Source: a bacterium (lineage in GTDB: Bacteria; Zhuqueibacterota; Zhuqueibacteria; Residuimicrobiales; Krinioviventaceae). From it: 64,000 bases of DNA. The first letter of the stretch is position 1. The number at the start of each line of letters is the position of its first letter. The translations under genes and the position numbers were made by a program. The notes below the pieces were generated by a model, which made no database searches, was not told the DNA's origin, and saw only the letters and a list, made by a program, of their open reading frames with translations. Below, piece by piece: positions 29,866 through 41,304 of this stretch. Location: the NCBI GenBank assembly GCA_963675755.2, contig CAXXMD010000003.1, positions 2,208,001-2,272,000 of the forward strand. The letters are read 5' to 3'.

Positions 29866-30798
29866 ATGAAAAGAAATAATATTGTTCTTTTAATATTGAT
29901 ATGTACGGGTGTTTTGCTGGCACAGGAACCGGCTCGGCTTGAGCAGTTATCTCCATCGCCTTATACCATTACCAAACTTTGTGGTGATTTGCAAAACACG
30001 AATCTTGATGAAGTCAGTGGAATAGCTTCATCAATTGTGAATCCGGGAGTTTTGTGGTTTCTCAATGATAGTGGAGACAAGACTTACCTGTATGCCGCAG
30101 ATTCGGCTGGAAAGGATTTGGGGCGTTTTACTGTTGATGGTGTACAGAACAAAGACTGGGAAGATCTGGCTTCTTTTGAACTGGATGGTACCGCCTATTT
30201 GTTGATAGGAGATATTGGTGATAATAACGCAAAGCGTAAAAACCGCAAGATATATATCGTTAAAGAACCGGATTTAAGTAGCAACCATCGTTATTTTATA
30301 CCGATTTATACAGAGATCAAGTACAAGTATGTTGATGGTCCACGAGATTGTGAATCGGTTGCTGTGGATGTTACAAATAAAAAGATTTTGCTGTTGAGCA
30401 AACGTACGGTTCCGCCGGTTTTATACGAATTGAACCTTGATGTGAAATCCAGATATTCCGAGCAGCAGGCAAAACGGGTCACCGAGGTACCTACCATACC
30501 CTTGCTGACATTTGATGAGATCAAGCTTGATCCGCGGTTTGGGCCTTTTGGTTCACAGCCTACAGCAATGGATATCTCTAGTGACGGTAAATGGATTGTT
30601 GTGCTGACGTACCAGAATGCGTATCTCTATGCGTTTGATACGGATTGGCCAACAACATTTAAAGCATTACCTCAGCATATAGAGATTCCAAGACTTGAGC
30701 AGGCAGAGTCAGTTTGTTTTAAATTCAAGAGTACAGACATATATGTTTCGTCAGAAGACAGGCCGGCGCCATTGTATGTTTTTAAAAGGAAAAAATAA
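29866..30798 (+). CDS. Exported beta-propeller protein of unknown function
   Basis: Signal peptide; EVSGI, NDSG, DWED, GDIGDN, DCESV, TAMDIS, QAESV. Confidence 0.7.
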   Translation: MKRNNIVLLILICTGVLLAQEPARLEQLSPSPYTITKLCGDLQNTNLDEVSGIASSIVNPGVLWFLNDSGDKTYLYAADSAGKDLGRFTVDGVQNKDWEDLASFELDGTAYLLIGDIGDNNAKRKNRKIYIVKEPDLSSNHRYFIPIYTEIKYKYVDGPRDCESVAVDVTNKKILLLSKRTVPPVLYELNLDVKSRYSEQQAKRVTEVPTIPLLTFDEIKLDPRFGPFGSQPTAMDISSDGKWIVVLTYQNAYLYAFDTDWPTTFKALPQHIEIPRLEQAESVCFKFKSTDIYVSSEDRPAPLYVFKRKK

Positions 30799-30820
30799 TA
30801 TCATTGCAAGGAGTTGAATT

Positions 30821-31129
30821 ATGTTTATAGTACATGTTTTGGTTCATGTAAAGCCCGATCAGGTTGATAATTTTATAGCAGCATCGCTGGAAAATGCGAA
30901 AAACAGTGTACAGGAACCGGGAGTAGCACGTTTTGATGTGGTTCAGCAGCAGGATGATCCTACCCGTTTTGTGTTTGTTGAAGTCTATCGCACAGCTGAT
31001 GATCCTGCAAAACATAAAGAGACCGCGCATTATCAAAAATGGCGGGACACGGTTGCGGATATGATGGCAGAACCCCGGCAGGGTATTAAATACAATAATC
31101 TTTATCCTGATGAACAGGGCTGGGGCTAA
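30821..31129 (+). CDS. ABM-family (LsrG-like) protein
   Basis: [38 protein letters not shown]. Confidence 0.85.
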   Translation: MFIVHVLVHVKPDQVDNFIAASLENAKNSVQEPGVARFDVVQQQDDPTRFVFVEVYRTADDPAKHKETAHYQKWRDTVADMMAEPRQGIKYNNLYPDEQGWG

Positions 31130-31143
31130 CAGAGGATCTATAT

Positions 31144-32298
31144 ATGGATTTTGAATTTGCAACCGCGGGACGCATTGTTTTTGGCAATGGCCGGATTCAG
31201 GAATTAAAGGATATTGCTACCGGATATGGAAAGCAGGTGCTGGTTATTACCGGAGGAAATAATCCGCTTTATGATTTAACAATTCAAGATTTAAAAGACA
31301 ATGGATTTATTGTGTCTCAATATAAAGTGGATCAGGAGCCTACGACTGATATTGCACTTGAAGCCGCAGAGCTTGCCCGGAATCAAAAATGTGAGCTGGT
31401 TATTGGCATTGGCGGTGGCAGTGTTGTGGATACCGGCAAGGCAGTTTCTGCATTGCTTACCAATGAAGGAGATATTTACGATTACCTGGAAGTTATTGGT
31501 AAGGGACAAAAGCTCAATAACCCCACTGCGCCATATATTGCAATCCCAACAACCGCGGGTACCGGTGCAGAAGTGACGCGTAATGCGGTACTGGGATCAA
31601 AGACGCATCGGGTCAAAGTCAGTATGCGCAGTCCTTATATGCTTCCCGATGTTGCCCTGGTGGACCCGGAACTCACTTTTAGTATGCCGCCGGATGTAAC
31701 TGCAAGTACAGGGCTGGATGCTTTGACGCAATTGATGGAAGCTTTTGTTTCAAACAAGGCCAATCCTTTGACAGATGGTATTTGTCTGGAGGGATTAAAG
31801 CGAGCTTCACGATCATTGGTAACTGCGTTTAGGAATGGTGATGATGCAAACGCACGTGAGGATATGAGTATTGCGGGGTTGTTTAGCGGACTTGCGTTGG
31901 CAAATGCCAAGCTTGGCGCCGTACATGGATTTGCAGGACCTTTGGGCGGGCTTTTTCCCGCTCCTCATGGAGTGGTCTGTGCAAGATTGTTACCCTTTGT
32001 TACCGAGGCCAATGTCAGTTACATCAGCAGTCAATATCCTGATTCCCCATATCTCGAACGGTTCGATACGGTGGCCAGAGTATTAACTGGCAATGTAAAC
32101 GCTACTGCACAAGATGCTGTAGTATGGGTGCAGCAGGTATGTGATGAATTGAACGTGGCACATTTGTCTGATTTTGGTATGACAGAACAGGATATTCCCC
32201 TTGTTGTTGATAAAGCTAGCAAAGCCAGTAGTATGAAGGGAAATCCTGTTGTGCTGCCGGATGAAATTTTGACGGATATTCTAAAACAAGCGTTATAG
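31144..32298 (+). CDS. Iron-containing alcohol dehydrogenase
   Basis: [39 protein letters not shown]. Confidence 0.92.
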   Translation: MDFEFATAGRIVFGNGRIQELKDIATGYGKQVLVITGGNNPLYDLTIQDLKDNGFIVSQYKVDQEPTTDIALEAAELARNQKCELVIGIGGGSVVDTGKAVSALLTNEGDIYDYLEVIGKGQKLNNPTAPYIAIPTTAGTGAEVTRNAVLGSKTHRVKVSMRSPYMLPDVALVDPELTFSMPPDVTASTGLDALTQLMEAFVSNKANPLTDGICLEGLKRASRSLVTAFRNGDDANAREDMSIAGLFSGLALANAKLGAVHGFAGPLGGLFPAPHGVVCARLLPFVTEANVSYISSQYPDSPYLERFDTVARVLTGNVNATAQDAVVWVQQVCDELNVAHLSDFGMTEQDIPLVVDKASKASSMKGNPVVLPDEILTDILKQAL

Positions 32299-34401
32299 TG
32301 CTCGAAATGCTTCGAGTTGTTTTCTCAGGGATTCTGTTTCATTAACCGGAAGCTGACATTCGCGATTGCGGCAAACATATACTGTTGCTTTATGGCCGAT
32401 CATTTTATAATCTTTTAACCAGGGTAAAAACGAGATCAATTGTTTGTCTTTGGGTGAGGGTGGAATTACAATTGTTACCTTGTTGGGGAGGTAATGCTCT
32501 TTAATGATGTTGAGCATATTGCGGGTGTCTTTTGAGTCCGGATCTCCGCAGACAATAATCTCGATTGATGCTGACAGTGCATATTCCGAGGCTGACACAA
32601 ACCATCCATGCGCAGAGGGGTGACGGTTCACCTGTGCGGAAAAGGCCATTTCCTGCTGATCTGCAATTTCTTCCAGTTTTGTATCTCCAGTGAGTTTTGC
32701 CAATGTTAGCAGATTCATAAACATAACCGAATTACCAGAGGGGGTAGCTCCGTCATACACATCTCTGCCGGATAATAACAATTTTTCATTATCGCTTGCT
32801 GAATTGTTGAATCCATGTTGTTGATCATCCCAAAACAAGTCAAGAGTGTTGGTAAACAGTTTTTTTGCTTTTATGAGATAGTCCGTATTGAATGTGGCTG
32901 AATAGAGTTCTATCAAACCCCATATAAAAAAGGCATAGTCATCCAAAAAAGCAGGGATTGCCGCATCACCCAGACGATAGCGATGTAGTAGCCTGCCATT
33001 CGGTTGTTCCAGATTATTAAAAATAAAATCTGTGGCTTTTTCAGCGGCTTGAATATAGTCATGGTTGCCGAATATGTTGCCGGCTTTGGCGAGAGCCGCA
33101 ATCATCATCCCGTTCCAGTCTGTTAATATTTTGTCATCTTTGAGCGGGTGAACGCGATTTTTGCGAATAGTGTACAAGGTTTCCCGGATGATATTTAACC
33201 GTTCATTCAATTCCTTTTCAGACAAGCCCAGCTCTTGTGCTGTTTTAGAAACACTTTTTTCCTGATAGAGGATATTGTTCCCGACAAGTTCGCGTGTAGC
33301 TTCATCGTGATAATTGCCTTTTTGATCAATATTGAATAATTTAACGGCAATGTTTAAATCTTTGGGCGTCAGGTTTTGCAGCAGCTCTTTAAAACTCCAG
33401 ACGTAAAATTTACCTTCAACGCCTTCACTATCCGCATCTTCAGCAGAGTAAAATCCACCTTCCGGTGCGGTCATGTCGCGTAAAACATATTCACAAACCT
33501 GTTCAGCTTTGGTTTTAAATTCTATATTACGGGTTGCCTGATAAGTCTCGCTATATGCCATAATCAGCATGGCCTGGTCGTACAACATTTTTTCAAAGTG
33601 GGGCACACGCCAGTTTCGGTCAGTTGAATAACGATGAAAACCGTATCCAATATGGTCATAAATACCACCCCGTCCCATTTCTGTCAATGTTTTGGTTACC
33701 ATGTTTAATGCACCCGGATTTTCATGATAGTAACCATATCGCAAAAGAAACAGCAGATTGTGGGGAGATGGAAATTTGGGTGCATTGCCAAAACCTCCGC
33801 GTTCCCGGTCAAACCGTTCAGAAAATGCCTGGAATGCTGTTTGATGGTTACCCGGAAACGGTAATACAAAATCTTTTTTAGTGTTTTCCAGTTTGTTCAG
33901 TTCTGCAGTAATGTTTTTGGCGGATTGCAATACCGATTCATTTTTATCTTTCCACAACAGGGCAACTTCGGGAAGCAAGTCCAGCATACCTTTTCGTCCG
34001 AAACGGGATGTTTTGGGAATATAAGTGGCTGCAAAAAAGGGCTTTTTATCTGGCGTCAGGAGAATAGATAACGGCCAGCCACCGCTGCCGGTTATCATTT
34101 GGCAGACCGTCATGTAAACATCATCCACATCCGGACGTTCTTCCCGATCGACTTTGATTGGAATGAAATAAGTGTTTAAAAGATCTGCAACTTTGCTGTC
34201 TTGAAAGGATTCATGCTCCATGACATGGCACCAATGGCAGGTAGAATACCCTATTGAGAGAAAGACCGGTTTGTTTTCCTGCTTGGCTTTAGTAAAAGCA
34301 GCCTCTCCCCAGGGAAGCCAATTCACCGGATTATGAGCGTGTTGTAACAGGTATGGGCTTTTTTCGTGAATCAGTGCATTAGTGAATTGATGTTCTGACA
34401 T
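32293..34401 (-). CDS. yyaL: YyaL/SSP411 (DUF255) thioredoxin-domain protein with six-hairpin domain
   Basis: [52 protein letters not shown]. Confidence 0.92.
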   Translation of the reverse strand: MSEHQFTNALIHEKSPYLLQHAHNPVNWLPWGEAAFTKAKQENKPVFLSIGYSTCHWCHVMEHESFQDSKVADLLNTYFIPIKVDREERPDVDDVYMTVCQMITGSGGWPLSILLTPDKKPFFAATYIPKTSRFGRKGMLDLLPEVALLWKDKNESVLQSAKNITAELNKLENTKKDFVLPFPGNHQTAFQAFSERFDRERGGFGNAPKFPSPHNLLFLLRYGYYHENPGALNMVTKTLTEMGRGGIYDHIGYGFHRYSTDRNWRVPHFEKMLYDQAMLIMAYSETYQATRNIEFKTKAEQVCEYVLRDMTAPEGGFYSAEDADSEGVEGKFYVWSFKELLQNLTPKDLNIAVKLFNIDQKGNYHDEATRELVGNNILYQEKSVSKTAQELGLSEKELNERLNIIRETLYTIRKNRVHPLKDDKILTDWNGMMIAALAKAGNIFGNHDYIQAAEKATDFIFNNLEQPNGRLLHRYRLGDAAIPAFLDDYAFFIWGLIELYSATFNTDYLIKAKKLFTNTLDLFWDDQQHGFNNSASDNEKLLLSGRDVYDGATPSGNSVMFMNLLTLAKLTGDTKLEEIADQQEMAFSAQVNRHPSAHGWFVSASEYALSASIEIIVCGDPDSKDTRNMLNIIKEHYLPNKVTIVIPPSPKDKQLISFLPWLKDYKMIGHKATVYVCRNRECQLPVNETESLRKQLEAFRAL

Positions 34402-34424
34402 AGAGATGTTCCTTTTTCATGGTA

Positions 34425-34452
34425 CAACAGCAATTCAGGGGCAATACATTCC
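34425..34452 (-). promoter_or_regulatory. Candidate SigH/SigR-type ECF promoter for yyaL
   Basis: Minus strand GGAAT-N19-GTTG ending 24 nt upstream of the start codon. Confidence 0.4.
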
Positions 34453-34525
34453 AATTGTATTTTAAGAATTCAAAGTTTTGCCTGATATTTGCTACGATAC
34501 ATGTGGTTAAACAAGTCTGTGGAAT

Positions 34526-36478
34526 ATGTCTAAATTTATTGTAATATTAAAAAAAATACTCGGATTAATCAAAGCATTATTGATTAAAATCAAAGAAGCC
34601 GATACGATTTATACCACTTTTTTTGTGGGATTTATGTCAATTGCTTTTATCTATTTTTACTTTATAGTGAAAACGCCATTGATATTTCAGGCACAAAAAC
34701 CGGTTTTCTTTTTTAATAGCGGTTTGTTTGTGGTATACGCGGCATACCCGGGTGGCCTGGTTGAGTATTTTGCTCTGTTATTGAATCAGTTTTATTATTT
34801 CCCCGTTGCAGGTGCAGTATTACTGGCATTTATTTCCTGGGCTGTTGTATTGTTTAATTATTTGTTTTTGAAATTCCTTACCCCCCAAAAGCCTGAATTT
34901 ATTCTCAAAATAATTCCAGGTTTTCTCATGCTTGCATTTTTAGGCAGATATCATTTTCCGCTTTCTTTGGTTTTGGGACTGCTTTTATCTTTGGCAGCGT
35001 TTTATTTCGGATTAAAAGGTCTGGTTCAGAAAAGCAGACTTCAATATGTTACCAGTATTCTAATGGGAATTTTGCTTTACTATCTTGCCGGTGGTTTTTT
35101 GCTGTTATATATCATTGGTATCATTTTATTCCATGCTTTGATCAGTAAAGAGTTGCGTGGGCGGATAATTGTGCCCATTGCACTCTTGATAATTCCTGTA
35201 TTAACGGCAATTTTTATTCTGGATTTTGATTTTAACACTGCTTTTTTAAAAAATGTGTTTGTTCATGATCCTGTTAAAAAGGGTATAACGCCTATTGTTT
35301 TGTATGTGTATTACCTGTTATTGGTTGTCTATATTGGTATTTTTAAGCGCTATGAAAAAGATGAAACTGAAAAAATTATAAATATTCCTATTCAATGGCT
35401 GTCAATTACAGTGAATGCTTTATTGGTTGTTGGGGTTATGGTTTATCTGGTATTTGCAATGCCCGGATCTGAAAAAAAAGATTTGTCCTTTGAATACTAT
35501 ACCGAGCATGGAATGTGGAAGGAACTGTTAGATCTTCAGTATGAAATGCGCTATACTAGTTTAATCCATGTGTTTGCTACCAATCGGGCTTTATATCATA
35601 CTGGCGAATTGCTGCATGACATGCTTGCGTATCCGCAGGTACGCGGTAATGCCGGACTGTTTATGGTGGGGGCTTCATCTGAAATTGATATTTTAAACAA
35701 AAGCGATTATTATTTTGAGCTGGGCATGCTGGACGAAGCATTAGACCTTTGTAAAAAAGCACTTGTAAGAAATGGCGACACACCCTGGATATTGAAAAGA
35801 ATAGCGCTTATTAATATTGCATTGAATGATTCCGTGCAAACAGTAAAAGTATTAAATAGTTGTAAAAAAAGTATTATCCTGAATGGTTGGGCCAGACGTT
35901 ATGCTCATATTGCCGCAAGTGATTCATTGCGGAAAATTGATCCTGTATTGAGAGGTGTTCATTATGTGCCTATGAGCCCGGAATTGCCAGAGTTTGATTT
36001 GGATCCCCAGACGAACCTTGAATTTATACTGGCTCAGGATTCAGATCAAAAGATGGCGTTGGAATATTTGTTGGCGCATTATCTAAGTTCGTGGAATTTT
36101 GAAAAGTTTTTGGAATATTTGCCGTTTTTAAAAACAAGGGTAAGATTCAGATACCCCCGGCACATCCAGGAAGCATTAATTCTGATCAACGAACAGAAAC
36201 CTTTTACAGCCGAACAGTATGAGAAATTTCAAATCAATATGCGAATGGACGCGCGTTATGCTACATTCAGAAAGCGAATTGCCATATTTGGAGTTAAGCA
36301 TTTAGATGCCGCACAAATGCTCAAGAACTCTTTTGGAGATACGTATTGGTATTATGCACTGTATCCGCCAATTCAGGTTGTAGAGTATGATAAACTCAAG
36401 CCTCAAGTAAACAAGGCCATTCGGGATAAGGAAAAGTTGTTGAAAACTCTGGTAAAAGAGTACGAATCAAGCAGATAA
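34526..36478 (+). CDS. Membrane protein, DUF6057-like
   Basis: YPGGLVEY...LNQFYYFPVAGA, about 9-10 TM segments, MALEYLLA, PRHIQEAL, GDTYWYY. Confidence 0.7.
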   Translation: MSKFIVILKKILGLIKALLIKIKEADTIYTTFFVGFMSIAFIYFYFIVKTPLIFQAQKPVFFFNSGLFVVYAAYPGGLVEYFALLLNQFYYFPVAGAVLLAFISWAVVLFNYLFLKFLTPQKPEFILKIIPGFLMLAFLGRYHFPLSLVLGLLLSLAAFYFGLKGLVQKSRLQYVTSILMGILLYYLAGGFLLLYIIGIILFHALISKELRGRIIVPIALLIIPVLTAIFILDFDFNTAFLKNVFVHDPVKKGITPIVLYVYYLLLVVYIGIFKRYEKDETEKIINIPIQWLSITVNALLVVGVMVYLVFAMPGSEKKDLSFEYYTEHGMWKELLDLQYEMRYTSLIHVFATNRALYHTGELLHDMLAYPQVRGNAGLFMVGASSEIDILNKSDYYFELGMLDEALDLCKKALVRNGDTPWILKRIALINIALNDSVQTVKVLNSCKKSIILNGWARRYAHIAASDSLRKIDPVLRGVHYVPMSPELPEFDLDPQTNLEFILAQDSDQKMALEYLLAHYLSSWNFEKFLEYLPFLKTRVRFRYPRHIQEALILINEQKPFTAEQYEKFQINMRMDARYATFRKRIAIFGVKHLDAAQMLKNSFGDTYWYYALYPPIQVVEYDKLKPQVNKAIRDKEKLLKTLVKEYESSR

Positions 36479-36497
36479 AAATTTTATTATTATAAAG

Positions 36498-37235
36498 TCA
36501 GGGGCGTTTTGCAATTAATACCAGGTTGGTAGATGTTGTAGGATCAAACGCTGAAAACTCTAAATTGCCGAATATTTCAATATTTGTAAATCCGGTTTGA
36601 TCCAGGTTTTTTATCAGTGTATTGTGGGTAAAAGGTTGCAATTGTGTACTGTTTAATGTGTGTGTTAAATTGTTTCCTGTTTTTTCGATCAAAAGAATGT
36701 TGAATTGCAGATGTGATTCCATAAAATCATAAAAACGGATAAAGGTCTTGTTATCTGTTTCATGTACTGCGATGATGCGTTCCTGCTTTTCCAATATTTT
36801 GCTATAATTCAGAATTTGTAAAACAAGCCAGCCCCCGGAACGGATAGAATCTTTCGCCCTTTTTAATACGTTTTTTAATGCTGATTCATTTTGTAGATGG
36901 GGGATAGAATTTCCCAGGCATAATAATGCGTCTGCTGGTTGAGAAACATTTAATTCTTCCATGGATTGAGAGATAAAATCAGCATGTATGCCGTATTGGG
37001 AAGCATTTTTACGTGCCAGTTCCAGCATTTCACTGGAAATATCAATGCCTGTTGTTGTAACACCAAGCTTATTCAGAACGATTGTATGTAATCCTGAACC
37101 GCAGGCAAGATCAATTGCTGTTTTAATGGGGTAACGTTGTAAAAAAGAGGCGAATAGGAATTTTTCTTTGTTAATGCGAGAATCAAACCGGGTCATTTGA
37201 TCGTAAAATCCGGCTATATCATTATAAAATTCCAT
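36498..37235 (-). CDS. Class I SAM-dependent methyltransferase
   Basis: IDLACGSG, GIDISSEML, CLGNSIPHL. Confidence 0.9.
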   Translation of the reverse strand: MEFYNDIAGFYDQMTRFDSRINKEKFLFASFLQRYPIKTAIDLACGSGLHTIVLNKLGVTTTGIDISSEMLELARKNASQYGIHADFISQSMEELNVSQPADALLCLGNSIPHLQNESALKNVLKRAKDSIRSGGWLVLQILNYSKILEKQERIIAVHETDNKTFIRFYDFMESHLQFNILLIEKTGNNLTHTLNSTQLQPFTHNTLIKNLDQTGFTNIEIFGNLEFSAFDPTTSTNLVLIAKRP

Positions 37236-37254
37236 CAGATTCTTTATGTTATAT

Positions 37255-37302
37255 AAAAAAAGACCGGACCTGCCAGGCTAGGCCTGGTATGGATCCGGTC
37301 TT
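37255..37302 (-). terminator. Rho-independent terminator after superoxide reductase
   Basis: A-run + AGACCGGA...TCCGGTCTT. Confidence 0.65.
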
Positions 37303-37324
37303 GATCGTCTACAATTTTAAGGGA

Positions 37325-37714
37325 TTACACATTAACTTCAAGTTCGCTTTCCCACAAGCCATGAATGTTGCAGTAGGATGAAGCCAGAACCTTGCCCGAT
37401 TTTTCCGTTTTAAATTTAACGGTTACATCGGGATCTGTAAAAATTGTGCTGGTGTTTGGGCCTTGTGCTGATGCGCCATGGGCATCAAAATCAAATTTAC
37501 CCAGCTCAACGGCAAATTTTTCGCCTTCAGGTAAAAAGAATAACTGAATCCAGGAAATATGATGTTCGGTCGTGTTGGGATGAGCAATTTCTTTGCCAAC
37601 GCTTGCATTCACGGTGATGGTTTCACCTTTGGCAATGCTGCCAACAATTTCTACAACGGGACTGTGTTTTTCTGTTTTCCAGTCAGCAGACTGAAATACT
37701 TTATCAAACCCCAT
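37325..37714 (-). CDS. Class II superoxide reductase (neelaredoxin)
   Basis: EKHSP, HPNTTEHHISWI, YCNIHGLW iron ligands. Confidence 0.92.
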   Translation of the reverse strand: MGFDKVFQSADWKTEKHSPVVEIVGSIAKGETITVNASVGKEIAHPNTTEHHISWIQLFFLPEGEKFAVELGKFDFDAHGASAQGPNTSTIFTDPDVTVKFKTEKSGKVLASSYCNIHGLWESELEVNV

Positions 37715-37771
37715 TTTGAACTCCTTTTGTTAAATGCCAGTTTGGTTGATATTACAAAAATATGTAAAAAA

Positions 37772-38383
37772 TTAATTTCTGCTGGAATCGCTGCGGATGT
37801 ACCCTTCGCGTTTTGCGTATTTATCAAGAATTTTCTGCAGCATACGTCTTCCGCGGAACAATCTTGACATAACTGTACCGTTTGGCCGATCTATAATCTC
37901 TGCAATTTCTTTATAAGAAAAGCCTTCAATATCTGCCAACAGTACAACAATTCTAAATTCTTCAGATAATTGTGATAAAGCGCTTTTTATATCATCATCA
38001 AAGAGCTCTTCATAGCGCTCTTCGTCAAATCCGGACCATTCGATCTGTTCTACTTTTTCTTCTTTTTCATCTTCATTTTCCAGGCCAAATGCAACTTTGT
38101 CAAGCTGAACCTGTTGAGGGGTTCTTACCTTTTTACGGTATTTATTTATAAAGGTATTGGTCATAATTTTAAAGATCCAGGCTTTAAAGTTGGTACCTTC
38201 CTGGAATTTATCAAAAAAACGGAACGCCCGTAAATATGTGTCTTGTACCAGGTCTTCAGCTTCTTCTGTATTACGTGTCAGTCGCAGTGCCGTGCTGTAC
38301 AAAGAATCCATAAAATCGAAAGCTATTTCTTCGAATTTCTCTTTTTTCTCTGGAGTAATTACTATATCTTTATTTTCTGGCAC
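37772..38383 (-). CDS. ECF sigma factor, SigH/SigR-like
   Basis: LYSTALRLTRN..EAEDLVQDTYLRA...FQEGTNFKAW...NTFIN; GFSYKEIAEI...GTVMSRLFRGR. Confidence 0.9.
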   Translation of the reverse strand: MPENKDIVITPEKKEKFEEIAFDFMDSLYSTALRLTRNTEEAEDLVQDTYLRAFRFFDKFQEGTNFKAWIFKIMTNTFINKYRKKVRTPQQVQLDKVAFGLENEDEKEEKVEQIEWSGFDEERYEELFDDDIKSALSQLSEEFRIVVLLADIEGFSYKEIAEIIDRPNGTVMSRLFRGRRMLQKILDKYAKREGYIRSDSSRN

Positions 38384-38608
38384 GTCAATCTCAAGTTGTT
38401 AGTTTTACTAGTTTATTAATGTATAAAGGATATACCTTACAATCAAGTATTTTATGTTTGTACTTTTAAAATTTCAAGAGGTTTCAGCAAATTACATATT
38501 TAATAATTTTTTACATTTCATTTTTCGTGGTTGCATTTGACAGATAAAATTTTAATATTTATGTGTGTGAATCTGTACCAAAACGTTTAGTCATGAAAGG
38601 GTAATACT

Positions 38609-39589
38609 ATGCCAGCATTGTCTACACAATACATGAACCTATCGCTGAAAAATCCGATTCTGGTATCCAGTAGTGGACTAACAAAGTCGGTTGATAAAAT
38701 TAAAAACGCTGAATCTGCAGGTGCAGGTGCGGTTGTGTTAAAGAGTATGTTTGAAGAGGTACTGGCACAACAGGACCTTGGCTTAAGCGATTCCGCAACC
38801 ATGCATACGGAAGCCATGGATTATTTGAGAGCCGAACTGAATATGCAATATGGACCACGCGACTATTGTGACCTGATTGATCAGGCAAAAAGTACCGTAT
38901 CTATACCGGTTATTGCCAGTATCAACTGTGTGTCAGATAAATGGTGGCCCAACTTTGCAATGCAAATTCAGGAAGCCGGTGCAGATGCCCTTGAGCTGAA
39001 TGTCTTTAAAAGCGCTGTTGATCCTAAGGAGAGCAGCCAGGACATTGAAGAGATGTATTATAATATTGTTAAAATTGTCAAAGAAAAAATAAATATTCCG
39101 GTAGCATTAAAGATAGGCCCCAATTTTTCTGCATTACCCAATTTGGTTTCCAGGTTGGATGCTTTGGGTGCAGATGCGGTTGTATTGTTTAATCGTTTTA
39201 CTGAACCGGATATTGATATTGACAAACTGGAGTTAAAAACTACTTTTGATTTCAGCAGTCAGTATGAAATTCATCGAACACTCAGATGGACAGCGTTGGT
39301 ATCCGGAAATGTGGGATGTGATATTTCTGCGACAGGTGGTGTTAAAACTGCCAAAGATGTTATCAAGTTGCTGCTTGCGGGCGCATCTACGGTTCAACTT
39401 GCGTCTGTGTTGTATGAAAATGGCGTAAATGAGATTGATAAAATGCTCAAAGAAGTACAAGCATGGATGTTGGATAAAGGATTTGAATCCATTAGTGATT
39501 TTAAAGGTAAGCTAAGCTTTGCAAAAACGGAATCTCCTGAACAGTACTTGCGAGCCCAGTTCATGGAAAAAATCAGAGGTGTTGAATAA
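38609..39589 (+). CDS. Dihydroorotate dehydrogenase-like flavoprotein
   Basis: LKNPILVSSS, GAVVLKSMFEE, IPVIASINC, DALELN, VLFNRF, ATGGV, LLAGASTVQ. Confidence 0.85.
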   Translation: MPALSTQYMNLSLKNPILVSSSGLTKSVDKIKNAESAGAGAVVLKSMFEEVLAQQDLGLSDSATMHTEAMDYLRAELNMQYGPRDYCDLIDQAKSTVSIPVIASINCVSDKWWPNFAMQIQEAGADALELNVFKSAVDPKESSQDIEEMYYNIVKIVKEKINIPVALKIGPNFSALPNLVSRLDALGADAVVLFNRFTEPDIDIDKLELKTTFDFSSQYEIHRTLRWTALVSGNVGCDISATGGVKTAKDVIKLLLAGASTVQLASVLYENGVNEIDKMLKEVQAWMLDKGFESISDFKGKLSFAKTESPEQYLRAQFMEKIRGVE

Positions 39590-39612
39590 GAACACTGTTC
39601 AAAGATAATTTT

Positions 39613-39656
39613 AAGCCCGACCGTACGCCATCTGGCGGATGGCCGGGCTTTTTTTA
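39613..39656 (+). terminator. Rho-independent terminator between convergent genes
   Basis: AAGCCCG...CGGGCTT followed by a T-run; the loop contains a CGCC-atct-GGCG mini-hairpin. Confidence 0.75.
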
Positions 39657-40364
39657 TTTTACAAAATTAATAGCCTGAATAACCAGTTTTCTAAAGTTTG
39701 TGTCTTCATAGGAGTGATGATCATGCCCCGGTTGCAGGTAAACGATTTTTGAATTACCTACTTTGTGAGTCCATGCAATCGTTTCGCTGCTTTCCGGATG
39801 ATTGGTTGTTAACAGGGGTGTTACATCCGCATTAACTCTGAAATTACCATACACTTCATCAAATAGTGTGAAATCGCTCATCCCTTTTGTAACCGGATGA
39901 GCCGGGTCAACCACATGTACAGGTACCTCTACATCGTGTTTGTATGTTGAAAGATCTTTAACAGAATCCGTATTTTTTACATATTTACCACCCATTATAT
40001 TTTCAAATTCGGCCCAGTTTTGAAAATTGGCCAGCGAGTGGTGCATAAAGACAATACCTTTACCCCGGTCAAGCATAGCTAACCATGCTTTTTTCTGATC
40101 GGAAGTAATCTCGTCAAACATGTCATAGAACACCAATGCATCGTACGCGTCCAGCGAATCGGCTGCAATGAGTTCATTGCCGCGTGGCTGCACAACATGC
40201 TTCCAGGTTAAATCCAACTCGTCAAACATTTTGAAAAAAGGTTCCTTTTCAAATCCGTGTCCACCGGTAACAATTAAAATATTGGGTGGCCCCGCGGGTG
40301 TTTCGCAAGACATGGCAAAGATTATTGATGCAAATAAAACAACTAGAAACAATCTGGTTCTCAT
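39654..40364 (-). CDS. ThuA-domain lipoprotein
   Basis: Lipobox AMSC; LIVTGGH, GKGIVFMH, HPVT, DEVY, YLQPGH. Confidence 0.85.
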   Translation of the reverse strand: MRTRLFLVVLFASIIFAMSCETPAGPPNILIVTGGHGFEKEPFFKMFDELDLTWKHVVQPRGNELIAADSLDAYDALVFYDMFDEITSDQKKAWLAMLDRGKGIVFMHHSLANFQNWAEFENIMGGKYVKNTDSVKDLSTYKHDVEVPVHVVDPAHPVTKGMSDFTLFDEVYGNFRVNADVTPLLTTNHPESSETIAWTHKVGNSKIVYLQPGHDHHSYEDTNFRKLVIQAINFVK

Positions 40365-40374
40365 AAGTATCCTT

Positions 40375-41196
40375 TCAATTTATATTTCCAGTAAACATGA
40401 CATATGTGAAAAATGCATTATAGTCCGGTTTGTTTAATATACAGTCGGGCGACTGGTCTCTGGTGAGTTTGATAAATGTGTTCCAGGCATCTCTTGATAT
40501 ATGTTTTTGAGAATTTCCCCAACGCATATCAAACAAATCCAGCATAGCTGTACGCATTTCTGGTGACAAGGGAGCTGTAATTTGTTGCGTGTATGTATAC
40601 ATTTGAATTGATGTGAATCCGGCTTTTTTCAAGCTGGCCTGGGTGTTCATAAAGTGAGATTCTGGGGGCATGTTGTCTGTAAACGGTGCAATGCCATCCG
40701 GTGTGGCATTCAATTGTGCTTCTAACTGGGGGTAGCCGGGTAACAGGGTTTGAGATGCCCAGAACAATAAGGCGATTTGGGCATGGGGTTTACATATTCT
40801 GGCAATATTTTTATATAACGCTACAGGATCTTTTTCAGAATAGCCCAGGCAGTCCATACTGAATATGCAATCAAAAGAATGTTCTGAAAATTGGAGGTTA
40901 TAGATATCACCCTGTTGAAATGTAATACGGTCCATGTCTTTGGGTACGACATGTTGTTGCGCGTATTGCAGGAATACATCATTGATATCCATTGCCGTTA
41001 CTTTGCCATCTGGAATCGCGTTGGCAAGTGCAACAGCCTGATGCCCAATGCCGCAACCGGCATCCAGAATATGGCTGTCTGATTCAAGATGTAGATCTGT
41101 AATGGCTTTATGTGTTATGTCTTTTTTTAACGGAACACTCGTTTCCAGCAAACGGATGTATTCCTGGTTTTTTAGAATGGAATTTTTATTGTTCAT
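40375..41196 (-). CDS. Class I SAM-dependent methyltransferase
   Basis: ILDAGCGIG, VTAMDI, GDIYNLQFSEHSFD. Confidence 0.88.
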   Translation of the reverse strand: MNNKNSILKNQEYIRLLETSVPLKKDITHKAITDLHLESDSHILDAGCGIGHQAVALANAIPDGKVTAMDINDVFLQYAQQHVVPKDMDRITFQQGDIYNLQFSEHSFDCIFSMDCLGYSEKDPVALYKNIARICKPHAQIALLFWASQTLLPGYPQLEAQLNATPDGIAPFTDNMPPESHFMNTQASLKKAGFTSIQMYTYTQQITAPLSPEMRTAMLDLFDMRWGNSQKHISRDAWNTFIKLTRDQSPDCILNKPDYNAFFTYVMFTGNIN

Positions 41197-41263
41197 AATT
41201 TTAATATATATCAGACGGATTTAAAAGTCAATAAACAAGAATTGTATAAATGAGAGGGGTTGT

Positions 41264-41304
41264 AAAAATAATGGCCGCAGTAAAAAAAGACTACTGCGGC
41301 CATT
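41264..41304 (-). terminator. Rho-independent terminator with no annotated upstream gene
   Basis: AATGGCCGCAGTA (41270-41282) / TACTGCGGCCATT (41292-41304), followed by ATTTTT on the minus strand. Confidence 0.75.
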
